A DNA stretch of 64,000 nucleotides. Origin: Lama guanicoe. Taxonomy: Eukaryota. Under the pieces are notes generated by a model. That model was not told the DNA's origin and did not search any database. It worked only from the letters and a program-made list of their open reading frames with translations. Shown here in pieces: positions 1 through 11,253 of the stretch. Position numbers and translations under genes: made by a program. Location: contig MU054117.1 in NCBI GenBank assembly GCA_013239625.1, forward strand, positions 4,578,677-4,642,676, in the 5' to 3' direction. Position 1 is the stretch's first letter; each line of letters begins with the position of its first letter.

Positions 1-117
1 GGATGCGGCCGACCTTGGTCATCCCAGAGCTCCAGCTGGGTCCAAGGCTGAGCGCATCCCTGGGCTGGGGCAGGAGGAAGCTCGCAGCCCCCTGACCCTT
101 GCCCACCTGCCCGGCAG

Positions 118-267
118 TGGTGTGAGAAGCACAAGCGCTCTGGGAGGCAGATGCTGGGGGACCTGCTCATCAAGCCCCACCAGCGCATCACCAAGTACCC
201 ACTGCTGCTCCAGGCTGTGCTCAAGAGGAGCCCCGAGGCCCGCGCCCGGGAGGCCCTGAACGCCATG
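118..267 (+). CDS. PLEKHG6: PLEKHG6 coding exon (DH domain)
   Basis: cag|TGG..ATG|gtagg; WCEKHKRSGRQMLGDLLIKPHQRITKYPLLLQAVLKRSPEARAREALNAM. Confidence 0.93.
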
Positions 268-3200
268 GTAGGCTGGGGGCTGGGTGCTGGTACCCAGTAC
301 GGATCTCCCGGGACTCTTGAGGTCTCTTTCCTCACATGTATGTGACAGCATGGCCCGGATGTCCCTGACTGGGTGGGATGTGCGGTCGAGGAGCTGAGCT
401 GTCCTCCCTCCACCCCCCACCTCACCTAGATTGCAGCGGTGGAGTCCTTCCTCCGACACATCAACAAGCAGGTGCGCCAGGGCGAGGAGCAGGAGAGCTT
501 GGTGGCTGCAGCCGAGCGCATCGGGCCCTACGAGGTGCTGGAGCCGTCCAGCGAGGAGGTGGAGAAGGTGAGAGGCCAAGGGAAGCGACTCAGAAAGAGC
601 AAAGCCCCCAGAAAGCGGATGAAGCCTAGGCCTGCAGGGGGAGGGTCAGGGCGCCCCAGGGCGTGGCGGAGCTGTGTTCCCACCCTTTCTTCCCAGCGGG
701 GTGGGTCCAAGCCTCAGGGTTCAAAGGAGTAAATGGAGGCACCGGGAAGCTCCCTCTCCCCCAGCGCCCTGATCCTCTGCTCTCTGCGTCCCTCAGAACC
801 TGCGTCCGTTCTCCACCCTGGACCTGACATCCCCTGTGCTGGGGGTCGCTCCCGAGCACACCAGGCAGCTGCTGCTCGAGGGACCTGTGCGTGTGAAGGA
901 GGGACGAGAAGGGAAGGTGAGGGGGCTGTGGAGGAGCGGAGGAGGGGGGAGATGAGCTGGAGAGAAAGGAGGGGGAGATGGAAGGAGACAGGACGAGTCA
1001 GAAGGCTGGACATGGGAGAAGAGGTGTGTGTGTGTCTGTGTGCGTCTGTATGTATGTCTGTGTGTGTCTGTGTGTTGAGAAGAGGACGTGTTTCTGACTA
1101 ACCTCTGGTTGTCTGTAAGACCCTGAGTCAGCCACTTACCCTGCCTGCAAAGCGAGAGGTGGGACCAGGCTGACAGGGCTCCGCAGCTCTGCCCCGTCCC
1201 TGTGTGACGCGGGCCCTGACCCCCTCCCCGCCCGCCCCCCGCGCCAGCTGACCTCCTCTCTCTCCCATGCTCGCCCCCCAGCTGGACGTGTACTTGTTCC
1301 TCTTCTCTGATGTGCTCTTGGTGACCAAGCGCCAGCGCAGGGCAGACAAAGCCAAGGTGATCCGCCCGCCCCTCATGCTGGAGAAGCTCGTGTGCCAACC
1401 GCTCCGAGACCCTAGTATGTCTCTCCTGGGGGAGCTGTTCTTTCTCCTGTCTGGTCAGCAGGGGAAGGGGAGGTTGGGATGGGGATCACATAAGGTCCAG
1501 CCCTGGAAGCCGACCTTCTCCTCCACCCAGGCAGCTTCCTGCTGATCCACCTCACGGAATTCCAGTGCGTCTCCAGCGCCCTCACCGTGCACTGTCCCAG
1601 CCCTGCAGACCGGGCCCGGTGGCTGGAGAAGACCCAGCAGGCTCAGGTGTGTGAAACCAGGTGGTGGGGGGATGGCGGCAGCCCCGGAGCTCAGAAACGG
1701 GAGCACAAAGAGGGGGAGAGAGGCTCTGGTGTACCTTAACCATCGTAAGAGCATAGAAGAAAGTCTGGCCAGCTGGGGTGCAGGCTGCCAGTCCCGGGGG
1801 AGCCAGGGCAGCCACCCCTAAAGGTTTCCAGGCCAAGAAACAGCTGCTGAACTTCACCTTCCATTCAGCAGACTTTAACGGGGCATCTCTGGGCGCAGGC
1901 ACAGGCTGAGTGCAGAGGAATCAGAGGAGTAAAACACCGCTCTGCCCTCAGGGAACGTGCCCTGCAGCCTGGCCAGAGGAATCAGTGCACAGACAGCAGA
2001 AGCGTGTGTGCAGAAGGGCACTGGGACGGAGAAGGGAGTGATGCTCTGTGTCTGGTGGGCTGGGTGGGAAAGGGCCCTGGCAGAGCAGGTGGGGCCTGTG
2101 CTGAGAAGACTTCACAGAGGAGCTCCTGTCTGAGCACCACTGGAGGGGGTACCTAGGAGGATGTCAGGGGACCAGGTGGGCAAGAAATGTGTCCCAGATG
2201 GAGAGCAGAATGTGTGAAGGCGGGAAGTCGGAAGCAGCTGTGTGTGTTAAGGGAACCGCCAGCCTAGTAGTTGGCGTCACCAAGACTTTCTGCACGAGGG
2301 CAGCACAGCCTTGGAGAAACTGGGAGGGAGGTACCCCCAGATCAGGCCCATCTCTGGATGCCTGGCCTGCGAACTTGAACTCTGTCCTGTAAGTGACGCA
2401 GAGCCAGTGAAGATGTTAAACAAGGGAGTGATGTGGGTAGATTTCTACAATAAAAGCTGGAGGAGTTCAGAAGAAGGGAGACCCAAATGGGGCTATATTG
2501 GTTATTGCTAACTTGGTGTCTAAAAGCGACAAAAACATATTCTCTCATTGTTCTGGAGGCCAGAAGTTGGAAATCAAGGTGTCCGCAGGGCCACGCCTCC
2601 CCTCCAAGGACTCGGGGAGAATCCTTCTGCCTTTTCCAACGCCTGGAGGCTCCAGGTGGTCCTTGGCTTGCGACCACATCACACCACTCCCTGCCTCTGT
2701 CTTTACGTGATCTTCCGCTGCCTGCCTCTGTGTCCCAGTCTCCCTCTTCTGTCTTTTAGAAAGCCACTAGTCATTAACCCTAAATCCAGGGTCTCATCTT
2801 ACATCCTAAGCTCCACCACTCAGGCTGTGTGCTCATCTGCAAAGGCCCTTCTTCCAAACAGGTCCCTCCCATTCACAGGTTCTGCAGGTCAGGACTTAGA
2901 GCTATCTTTCTGGGGCCACTATTTAACCCGTTAGAGGAGCAGAATGGCCAAGGAAGAGGGGAGATTTGAGCTGGACTTGTAAGGATGGGGAGGACCCTGA
3001 ACAGAAGAATCAAGGGAGCAGCTGGGCTGGATTTATCTGGGGGACAGTGACTATCTGAGTCTGGAGGGACGGCAGCCAGGGAGCAGAGGCCGAGTTCTGT
3101 GGGACCCTGGGGCCTGCAGGAGAGTGTGCGCTGGATGAGACCGAATTGAACTGGGCTGTCAAGTTGACAAGAGAGCCACCGAGCAGAGGAAGGCCATGTG

Positions 3201-6200
3201 ACATCCGTGTGTTTTGTCTTGCACTGTCAGGCGGCCGTGTGACAAGTGGGCTAGGGGAGGGCGGGATTGTTAGCAGGAGATTTACCCTACTAGTCTGGGT
3301 GTGAAACACTGAGGTTCGGTGCCCTTGCCTTAGGGATATGGTGCAAAAAAAAGAAGGAAAAAAAGGAGCAGAAAGGAGCTGAAGGAGAAAGGAGACGAGT
3401 GAGCCCTAGAGAGACTGTCAGAAACATGTACAGGGTGGGATTTCGGCTCAGCTGGTAGAGCGCGTGCTGAGCATGTGTGAGGTACTTGGTTTGGTCCCCA
3501 GTACCTCCACGTAAAAAAAAGGGAGAAAAAGAAGCCTGTGCAGAAGGTTCAGACACCAGCTCTCCCTCTTACTAGCTGGGTGACCTTGGGTGAGTGATGT
3601 GGCCTCTCTGATCTTCCATTTCTTCACCTGCAAAATGGATACAAATAGTAACAGTGTTTGCTTCATAGGGAGGAAGAAACCATTCAGATTAAGCAGCTAG
3701 CGTGGTGCCCGCTCTAGACAACTCAGGCCCGCAAGAACAAAGGATGGCTTGCGCCCGACATTGCTGTCTGAAAGACGGCTTTGACTGCTTTGGCAAAGAT
3801 AGAAATGATTAGAAAGGGAAACCTGTTTGCTTAGTTGTGGCTTGCTAGGTGGGGCATGGCTCGGGCAGTAGGGTTCGTTTTAAACAGAGGCGCTTTGGAA
3901 ATGAGGGCGTGGGAGACATCAAGTGGAGATCTCTCAGGGGCTTTTGGAAACACGGAGACACAGACTGGGGTTCAGGTGAGAAATAAGGGTGAACTATGAA
4001 AGGTGCCAAGAGAATAGATCCTAAAAGTTCTTCTCCCGAGAAAAAAAGATGTTTGTAACAACGTATGGTGACCGAGGTTAACCAGACTTACTGTGGACTG
4101 TTTCATCATATATACAAGTATTAAGTCACTATGGTATGCACCTGAAACCAATACAATGTTATACCTCAATTTAGAAAAAGAGAGAAAACGCATTTTGAAC
4201 AAGAAATCATAATGTAGAAGATTTCTAAAGAATGCAACTTCACTATTATTAGAATGTAAATCACAGGAGTGGTTCTCACAGGGCCTTAATGACTGGATTA
4301 TAATAATTTGTTGTTCGCACATGAGGTAGTTAGCGCTTCTGCAACTTCTGAAGATATAAGGAAATAGTCTTGTTCTTTAAATAATTGTAAGCATTTTTCC
4401 CCACAATCTTACCTATGATATCATATCATAGTGTGGAGAACTTATTCAAGAAGAGGAAAACCAGAGCTTAGGCTCTGTTTAAATACCGTATTTAAAATTC
4501 AGAATAAGAGAGTAAATAATAAATAAGAGAGTTTTGCCATTAAAAAAATGAAAAGGGGGGAAGGGTATAGCTCAGTGGTAGAGCACATGCTTAGCATGTG
4601 CAAAGGTCCTGGGTTCAGTTCTCAGTACTTTCGTTAAAAAAGAAAAGGAAGAAGAATGAAAGGCAGAAACTCAAGATCTTGTGTCCTCCAGGTCTCTGAG
4701 GCTGCCACTTCCTTAGATACCTAAACAAGATGGTGACAGTCCCCAGGAAGTTCGAGGTAGGGGGTGGGGTGGGGGTCATCTGCCCTGAGCACTGCTCCAG
4801 GCCTACTCAGAGTCCCCTCTCTCCTGCTCCACTCCCCCCAGCCCGGTGTTCACAAGGCAGCTGACACCACACTAGTGATTCCGAGTTGTACTGAAGCCTG
4901 GGTAAGAGCGAAGCAGAGGACAAATCTGGAAACAAACCTCGGGGTGCCTGGAGCCCCACTGCCCAGGGCAGCTTACTGGCCAGAAGTCTTTTTTTCTTTA
5001 TCACCCCCATCGCTGAACTTTCTCCTCTTCTTTTGGTTCTCTCCCTGTGAAGACACCCCGCCTCCCACTTTCGTTTAGAACCCCCAAGGGAACCACTAAA
5101 AGTTGCTGGTATTTTATTATGCAAACAAACTTGGCCCCCAGGAGTCTTACTCCAGGCTAAGAGAGGGTGAGGAAGTCATTTCTGATGCGTAACTAAGCAG
5201 TGCACAAGCTCCCTGCCTCCCTGGAAAAACAGAGAACCCTGAAACTTTGAAATGAGTTTGTCCTGCTACCACCTCACCCCAGAGTCTTAGGGGATCCCTC
5301 TCTCTATCAGCACAAGTCTTTGTAAACTGAAGAGGGCAGCAGAATATCTACTGGTCCCAGGGGCCAGACTGTTTTTCCTCCGCCTTTATAGAGACGTACC
5401 CGTAGATTTATTGCTAGCAGGTCTGGCTGCAGCGGCTTAAGCTTTTAGAAAAAATGGGTTTCTCAAGAGGAGAGAGACTGAATCTTGGGAAATGGCCATA
5501 TTTAAGGGCTAGGAAGAGGAAACGGAACTTGTGCCAGGAACAGAAAGCTATCAGAGGCGAGGCCAAGGGATGAACAGAGGAAAGAGGTGGGCTCTGGGGT
5601 GCCCAGCCCAGCTCTGTCTCGCTGTCTGTGTTCCTGCAGGAGAAACCTCACCTCTCTCAGCCCAGTCCCATCTAGGGATGCAGGGATAATGGGAACCACC
5701 AAACAGGACAGACGGGAGAAGTATGTTTGTAAGCTGCTTGGCACGCAGCCCAGCACTTAATGGGGGCTCCAGAAATGCTTGTTATTGTGATCTTTAGAAG
5801 GGGGTAGCCCGCGGTGCCTAGGTGATGATGCCTGCTTGGTGCCGACTTGTCACTCAGGGAGTCCAAGGGCAGCTTCAAGAGGGTTTTGGTCCAGGATGGG
5901 GGGCTTGGGGAGGAAAGCAGGTGAATCTGGGAGCCGCTCCAGCGGCAGTGGGGAAGGGAGGCATTCCCTCTCAAGGCTTCAGTTCCCCACCGGGGCAAAG
6001 GAGGTTGAACCCCACGTGGGGGAGCCCTCCCTCTTCCCGGCTTTGTGGAGGTGTCACATTCCAGCCCAGGCACCAATTTCCTCTTCCTTTCCCACCCTGC
6101 CCCCAACACGTCTCTCCGCTTACCCAAGCTGAGAAGTTTTCCCAGGGTTGCCGGAGAGCCTTAGGGGTGGCCGAGGGCACTTCAGACAGCCTCGTCCAGG

Positions 6201-9200
6201 TACCTGAGGTGTCCTGTTCCTCAGCTCCACCCTGCCCCCTTGCCTTCCTGCTTCTTCCCCAGGTGGGGTCACAGGCAAGTTTAGTGGAGATGCTGGTGTC
6301 AGACGTTCCTTCCAGACCAACCCCTCCCTCCCAGTTCTTTTTCTCCACATACCCTCTGTATCCTGGGCATCCCAAACATAAAATTGAACTTAGGTCATGT
6401 GGGGCCAAAGGGCATCTCAGTAGGACAAGCAGGCTGCCCTAGCCCTGCCCTGGACCCAAGAACAGCGCCTCCCACCCTCCTCTTCTGTGGTTCCTCCCCG
6501 CACTCCACACAGCTGGGGGATGTGGAAGAGGTCACAGGACCTGGTCTGGTGTGCTGGTCTCCTGTCCCTGGGCATCATCATCCCTGGCTCTGGCCAACAG
6601 GCCAAGTCTTATGAGACTGCTAAGAATCCTTGCATGAGACGGAGTGACCGGGAAGCCAGGGCAAGGAGAACTGGAAATCCAAGCCTGATGTCATTCTGCT
6701 GTCCCTGTACATCCATTTTGCCAACATGTCTCTTGTCCAGACCCAGCTACCTCCCCACCTTGTGTTTCTGGAGAGGCTTTGGGAAGGTCTAGGCGCCTAA
6801 GAGTTGCTGGTCCATATACCTCAAAGGGGAGGGGAGGAATATTCAAATTACTTAATGAGCAGAGTGGCATGGGCATCACCAGTCCGAGCAGAGCTAGAGG
6901 TCCCCTGCTGCGCCAGATATCATCCCTCTGCTGCTGCATCCTGAGGGAGGGCTGAGTGGTCCCAGGGACGGAAGGTGGGAGGCTCAGGCAGTAGCCCTTT
7001 GCTTCCCAGCACAGAAGTAGTTCAGTATTTCCACAGCGATATGGCCATTCCGGCAAGTGCTGCTATCGGCGCTGCCCACAGCAGCCAACACTAACTCTTT
7101 TTGCCAAGCCTCTGCCTGCAGCCTCTCCACGGGATCTGCTGCCGTCCCTCCCCACCCCCAAGAGAAAGCTGTCCCTTGGTAATTCTCGTTCCTTTAAAGC
7201 TGCCCTTAAAAAAAATTAAAAAAATAAAATAAAGCTGCCCTTGAAAAGCAGTGCAGCCACTGAACTAGGACTCACAGGGAAAGGCCCAGTCCTGGCTCTG
7301 CTTCTCTCTACCTGTGCGACCTGGACCAAGTCCACTCAGCTCTCGAAGTCTTGTTTTCTCACCTGTAAAATGGGCTAATACCCATGCTTTCCACCCTGCA
7401 GGTGCTGGTGTGTATCAAATGACCGCATACAGAGGTGCTTTATAAACCTCTTCTCAGATGTCACTCTTTTATTCTGCTGGTGCCTCTATGAAAATGCTAA
7501 GGAAGACAGACAATAACGTATTCCTTCTCCACTCTTCTTGGAACGGTCTTGCTCTCACCTCTGAAGGACAGCAGAGTCCTCAGCCCAGGATAAAGCCTGC
7601 CCCAGCCCACCCTGGTGGTAGGAGAAAGAGTAACCCGAGGACCCAGCCCCATTCAGAGCTCTTATGCCACTGTCAGAGCTCATATGCCCTTCAAGGAGGG
7701 CTTCCTGAAGGAGGGAACAGGCCAGACAGAGGGCTTGCTAAGGAGGCATGAAGTCAGGAGAAACTGTACAGGTAGAAAACGAGGCTTTCTGTTCACCCCA
7801 GGACCAGCTCAGGAGTTCAGATCCTGGCTCTGCCCCTTTCCTATGGCATCAGCTTGGCATTTACTTTACCTGAGTCTAAATTTCTCAGGAATAAAGTGGG
7901 AGCAAAAAAGTCTGCCTCATAGAGTGGTTGTGAAGATGAAGCAAGATTATATATGCAAAGCACTTAGCATGGTGCCTGGCATACAGCAGGTGCTCAATAA
8001 ATGAGAGCTTTTAATGAAAGTATCTCCACCCTAGGTCACCCTGCAGAAGCTGAAGGCAGAGGAATACATCCAACAGAAGAGGGAGCTCCTGGCCCTCTAT
8101 CGGGACGGGGATAGGGAGTCCCCAGGAACCAGGCCCTCCACACCGTCCCCTCCTTCCCCGGAGGGCTCTCAAAGCAGCGTGGAGGAGAGGTAAGACCCCC
8201 AGGGAGCACAAGGTCTCCCAAAGTAGGGGGGCTGCAGGCAGGGAGGGAGGGAAGAGGAACCCACAAGGCTGGGAAATGGCAATACAGCTTTAGGGGGGAT
8301 TAGGACTAGTTTGAGGGACCCAGGCTACAGGTTGGAGCAGAACAGGTTGGCACGAGCCGTGTGAAGGGCCGCATGGGATTAGCCAGCCTAAGGTTGGCAC
8401 AGGGTGAGGGGAACACACAAAAGGCACACATTCCTGAGAAGAACAGGCCCCCCAGGCCAGGGGCGGAGAGTGAAGTGCAGTTTTGCAGAATGTCAGAGCT
8501 GCAGGGACCGGACTAGTTCAAATCCCCGGAGTGTGTGGGAGGTTCATCCAGACTAACATAGCTGTTGAACTGCATGGTTAAGGAGGAAAAAAGAATCCAT
8601 CACTGGGGGGTAACCTCAGGGGAGCTCAGGAAGCACTCAGCAAATAGTTGATACAAGGTTCTGGACCAAGTGCAGGGGCTAAAATGCCTTTCAGGGGCTT
8701 ACAGTCTAGCCAGTGAGATGAGAAAAGCTGTTAGTGCAGCAAAAAGGTGATAACAAAATAAGCTTGGAGGAGGGGCCATTTCTGGATGGAGTGATCAAGG
8801 AAGACTCCCTGGTCTTGAACTTGACTGTTCAGCATCTGACTCTGACCATCCGCTATTAATTGTAGGATTCCCGAGGGCTCGACTGCCATCCCCCACCTAG
8901 TGGTGACAGAAGACACAGATGAAGATGCTCCCTCAGTACCAGATGACACATCGGACTCTGGCTATGGCACTCTGGTCCCAGGCTCTCCCAAGGCGTCCCA
9001 CTCCCCGCTGAGCCGTCTCCGCTCAAGGGCCCTTCGGCGAGACCCTCGCCTCACCTTCTCCACTCTGGACCTCCGAGATGTTCCTTTGCGACCCCAGCCT
9101 CCTGACCCCCAAGCTCCCCAACGCCGAAGCGCCCCTGAACTGCCAGGGCAAGTTATCCAGAAAGGAGGCAGCCTTCCCAGAAGAGACCCACCAAGCTGGT

Positions 9201-9757
9201 CTGAGGAAGAAGACAGGACCTCGGCGGGAGGGAACGTGGTAGTGGAAACCTTGCACAGGGCCCGACTTCGTGGGCAGCTCCCCCACTCCCCGACCCACAC
9301 TGACTCTGCTGGAGAAAGCCCCTGGGAATCCTCCGGGGATGAGGAAGAAGAGGGACCTCTCTTCCTGGGACCCAGCTACAACCCCTCTCGCCACCGTCTC
9401 CGGGCTGAGGACATGCTCAGAGAGATCCGAGAGGAACTGGCCAGCCAACGGATTGAGGGTGTCCCCGAGCCTGGCGACAGCAGGCCTCGGAAGCTGACTC
9501 GGGTCCAACTGCAGAGGATGCGTGGGCCTCACATCATACACCTGGACACACCCCTGTCCACATCGTAAGTGCGGAGGGGATGCTGGCATGGGAGGTAGCA
9601 GCGGGGAGGCCAGGATGGAGCAGTAGGGGTGCCAGAGCAGGAGGCCAGTGGAGAGGCGGATCAGTATAGGAGGGCAGGACTAGAGGGGCCTCTAGCCTCA
9701 CTCCACTCCATTTCTGAGTGCCTGACCCCTGCCTCTTTCCTTTTCAGAGAGGTGTGA
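118..9757 (+). CDS. PLEKHG6: PLEKHG6 (MyoGEF) Rho guanine exchange factor, 3' part of gene; 5' exons lie upstream of the window
   Basis: join(118..267,430..567,797..916,1282..1414,1531..1646,8035..8189,8866..9564,9748..9757) = 1521 nt, all introns GT-AG, phases consistent. Encodes the end of the DH domain (LLIKPHQRITKYPLLL), the PH domain (LDVYLFLFSDVLLVTK) and a C-terminus ending DTPLSTSEV*. Confidence 0.95.
430..567 (+). CDS. PLEKHG6: PLEKHG6 coding exon
   Basis: tag|ATT..AAG|gtgag; IAAVESFLRHINKQ...SSEEVEK. Confidence 0.92.
797..916 (+). CDS. PLEKHG6: PLEKHG6 coding exon (PH domain start)
   Basis: cag|AAC..AAG|gtgag; NLRPFSTLDLTSP...EGPVRVKEGREGK. Confidence 0.93.
1282..1414 (+). CDS. 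PLEKHG6: PLEKHG6 coding exon (PH domain)
   Basis: cag|CTG..CCT A|gtatgt; LDVYLFLFSDVLLVTK...QPLRDP. Confidence 0.93.
1531..1646 (+). CDS. PLEKHG6: PLEKHG6 coding exon (PH domain end)
   Basis: cag|GC AGC..CAG|gtgtgt; SFLLIHLTEFQCVSSAL...WLEKTQQAQ. Confidence 0.92.
2495..2932. mobile_element. MaLR (MLT1-type) solo LTR remnant
   Basis: MLT1-like motifs: gttctggaggccagaag..aatcaaggtgtc..cagggccac..ccttggcttg..catctgcaaag..ttccaaa..cattcacaggt. Boundaries approximate; family recognised from memory. Confidence 0.7.
3433..3520 (+). mobile_element. tRNA-derived SINE (Vic-1-like, diverged)
   Basis: A box (gctcagctggtagagc), gcatg core, degenerate B box, A tail. Confidence 0.75.
3996..4188 (+). mobile_element. 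L1 3' end fragment
   Basis: L1M-type 3'UTR motifs: agatcctaaaagttct..ttactgtgg..acctgaaaccaatacaatgttatacctcaat followed by an A-rich tail. Confidence 0.75.
4555..4655 (+). mobile_element. tRNA-derived SINE (Vic-1-like)
   Basis: gggtatagctcagtggtagagcacatgcttagcatg..gtcctgggttca; A-rich tail; flanked by atgaaa(a)gg direct repeats. Confidence 0.85.
7810..8003 (+). mobile_element. MIR remnant
   Basis: MIR 3' consensus: gttgtgaagatgaa..aagcacttagcatggtgcctggcatacagcaggtgctcaataaa. Confidence 0.65.
8035..8189 (+). CDS. PLEKHG6: PLEKHG6 coding exon
   Basis: tag|GTC..AG|gtaag; VTLQKLKAEEYIQQKRELLALYRD... Confidence 0.92.
8866..9564 (+). CDS. PLEKHG6: PLEKHG6 penultimate coding exon
   Basis: tag|G ATT..TC|gtaagt; contains ORF 8900..9568 (VTEDTDEDAP...DTSDSGYGTL...HLDTPLST). 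Confidence 0.93.
9748..9757 (+). CDS. PLEKHG6: PLEKHG6 last coding exon (S-E-V-stop)
   Basis: Polypyrimidine tract then ttttcag|A GAG GTG TGA. Confidence 0.85.
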
Positions 9758-9939
9758 GGACCACTAAAGACCCTCGGCATTTCTCCCAGAGGAAATCTCT
9801 CCCTAAGAGTGTTGGTCACCATCTTCACCTCTGGACTCTACCTCAAGGACACTTCCCTGGGCACTCTGCCCTTCCTATTCTGAGGACTTTGGGGATCAAG
9901 AGCTGTACATTTGTATATCATAGACACACCACAGCCCCA

Positions 9940-9957
9940 CATAAAGTTGTGCATAAA
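9940..9957 (+). terminator. Probable non-canonical PLEKHG6 poly(A) signals (two CATAAA)
   Basis: CATAAA at 9940-9945 and 9952-9957; upstream TGTA at 9904 and 9912; no AATAAA or ATTAAA on + between the stop codon and the TNFRSF1A 3'UTR repeat. Confidence 0.45.
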
Positions 9958-10173
9958 AATGGCCGCCCAGCCCATGCTACGTGAAGGTAGAGGAAAAAGA
10001 AGTGGGGGCAGGGGGTGGGGGGTCACAGAGTGAGCTCAGGCAACAAATCATGTCAGTGCCCTTCATGGTGGCAGGGTATCTCACCCATCAGGATCTTGTA
10101 CTCTGGACCCATCCCTCACACCCACCACTCAGAAAGACCACTTCCTCCAAGAGGAGCGCTTTAACTGGAGAGT

Positions 10174-10179
10174 TTTAGT
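10174..10179 (-). terminator. Probable non-canonical TNFRSF1A poly(A) signal (ACTAAA)
   Basis: Minus strand reads ttttgtaaatacACTAAAactctccagttaaag, resembling the human TNFRSF1A mRNA 3' end as I recall it; no AATAAA in the 3'UTR. Confidence 0.5.
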
Positions 10180-10463
10180 GTATTTACAAAAGAACACAGC
10201 TCCCGGCAGGAGGCCGCATGGTTCTGTGCCTCCCCTGTCTTGGGACAGTTCATCTTACTCTGTGCTTGTTCAGGCAGGGGACAAAGGGTGCCAGGTTTCT
10301 ATTAGTGTACATACTGGATAAAAAGATTGCTTATCTACTGTGAAACAGGCTCAGGGACCAACAAGGGGCTGCCAAGCAGCCTTGCTGGGTTCTCCAAGTC
10401 CAAAGTGGGCAATGAGGCATGGCGCCCCTCTTCCCTGCAACCACGGCCTTGGGCTCCTGGCAC

Positions 10464-10762
10464 ACTCAGCCTTTCTCGCGAGGACACTCTCCCCCCACCC
10501 CATATTACACACACACACACAACTCAGCCTTTCTCGCGAGGACACTCCCCCCCCATTACACACACACACACAACTCAGCTTTTCTCACGAGGACACTCCC
10601 CTCCCCCATATTACACACACACACACACACACACAAACTCAGCCTTTCTCGCGAGGACACTCCCCCCCATATTACACACACACACACACACACACAAACT
10701 CAGCCTTTCTCGCGAGGACACTCCCCCCCCCATATTACACACACTTAAACACACACACACAC
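10464..10762. repeat. Compound minisatellite, 5 units of about 51-64 bp, in the TNFRSF1A 3'UTR
   Basis: Core ACTCAGCCTTTCTCGCGAGGACACTC + C-run + (AT)ATTA + (CA)n; units start at 10464, 10522, 10573, 10637 and 10698. Confidence 0.95.
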
Positions 10763-10960
10763 CTGACCGGGAGCTGAGAAAAGCTATGTACACTGAGGGA
10801 GTAGCACCAGGTGAGTGGCTGCTAGATCATGCTTGCTCCTCCAAGACCTTCCTCTCCAGAAAAAAGGGGGTCCAGAGGGCATCCCGAAGGTCCTTCCGAG
10901 CTGCCCGGGGGGCAGGAAGCAGCCGTCCTCGGGGCGGCCCCCAGGAGGCGGGGCGTGGCC

Positions 10961-11253
10961 TCACCGGGGAAGGCCGGGGGCGGGGCCGCCCAGCGCCTCC
11001 TCGATGTCCTCCAGGCACCCGAGCAGGTCCATGTCCTGGAGCACGCGTCCCAGCAGCTCCAGCGTGGCCTCGCGCCGCGGGGTGCGCCGCCTCCAGGCCG
11101 CCAGCATGCTGTACTGCGCCTCGCGCAGGCAGCGCCCGTTCTGCAGCTCCAGCCGCTCGATCTCGTGCTCGCTCAGCCCCAGCCGCCGCATGAACTCCTT
11201 CCAGCGTGTTGGGGGCACTCCGTCCACCACCGCATACAGCGTTCTCGGGTCGG
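10961..11253 (-). CDS. TNFRSF1A: TNFRSF1A exon 10 (death domain)
   Basis: cag|[34 protein letters not shown]...[13 protein letters not shown]. Confidence 0.95.

Noticed and set aside
4555..4640. tRNA-like sequences here and at seven other sites
   Set aside because: A-rich tails, target-site duplications and divergence among copies mark them as SINEs, not tRNA genes.
10464..10762. Regularly spaced 26-nt repeats with an internal palindrome (TCGCGA) resembling a CRISPR array
   Set aside because: The 'spacers' are near-identical C-run and (CA)n tracts rather than unique sequences, no cas genes are present, and the context is a mammalian 3'UTR. It is a minisatellite.
10327..11193. 288-aa plus-strand ORF with HT repeats
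   Set aside because: It is built from the minisatellite plus the antisense of the GC-rich death-domain exon, starts at a non-ATG codon and shows no domain.
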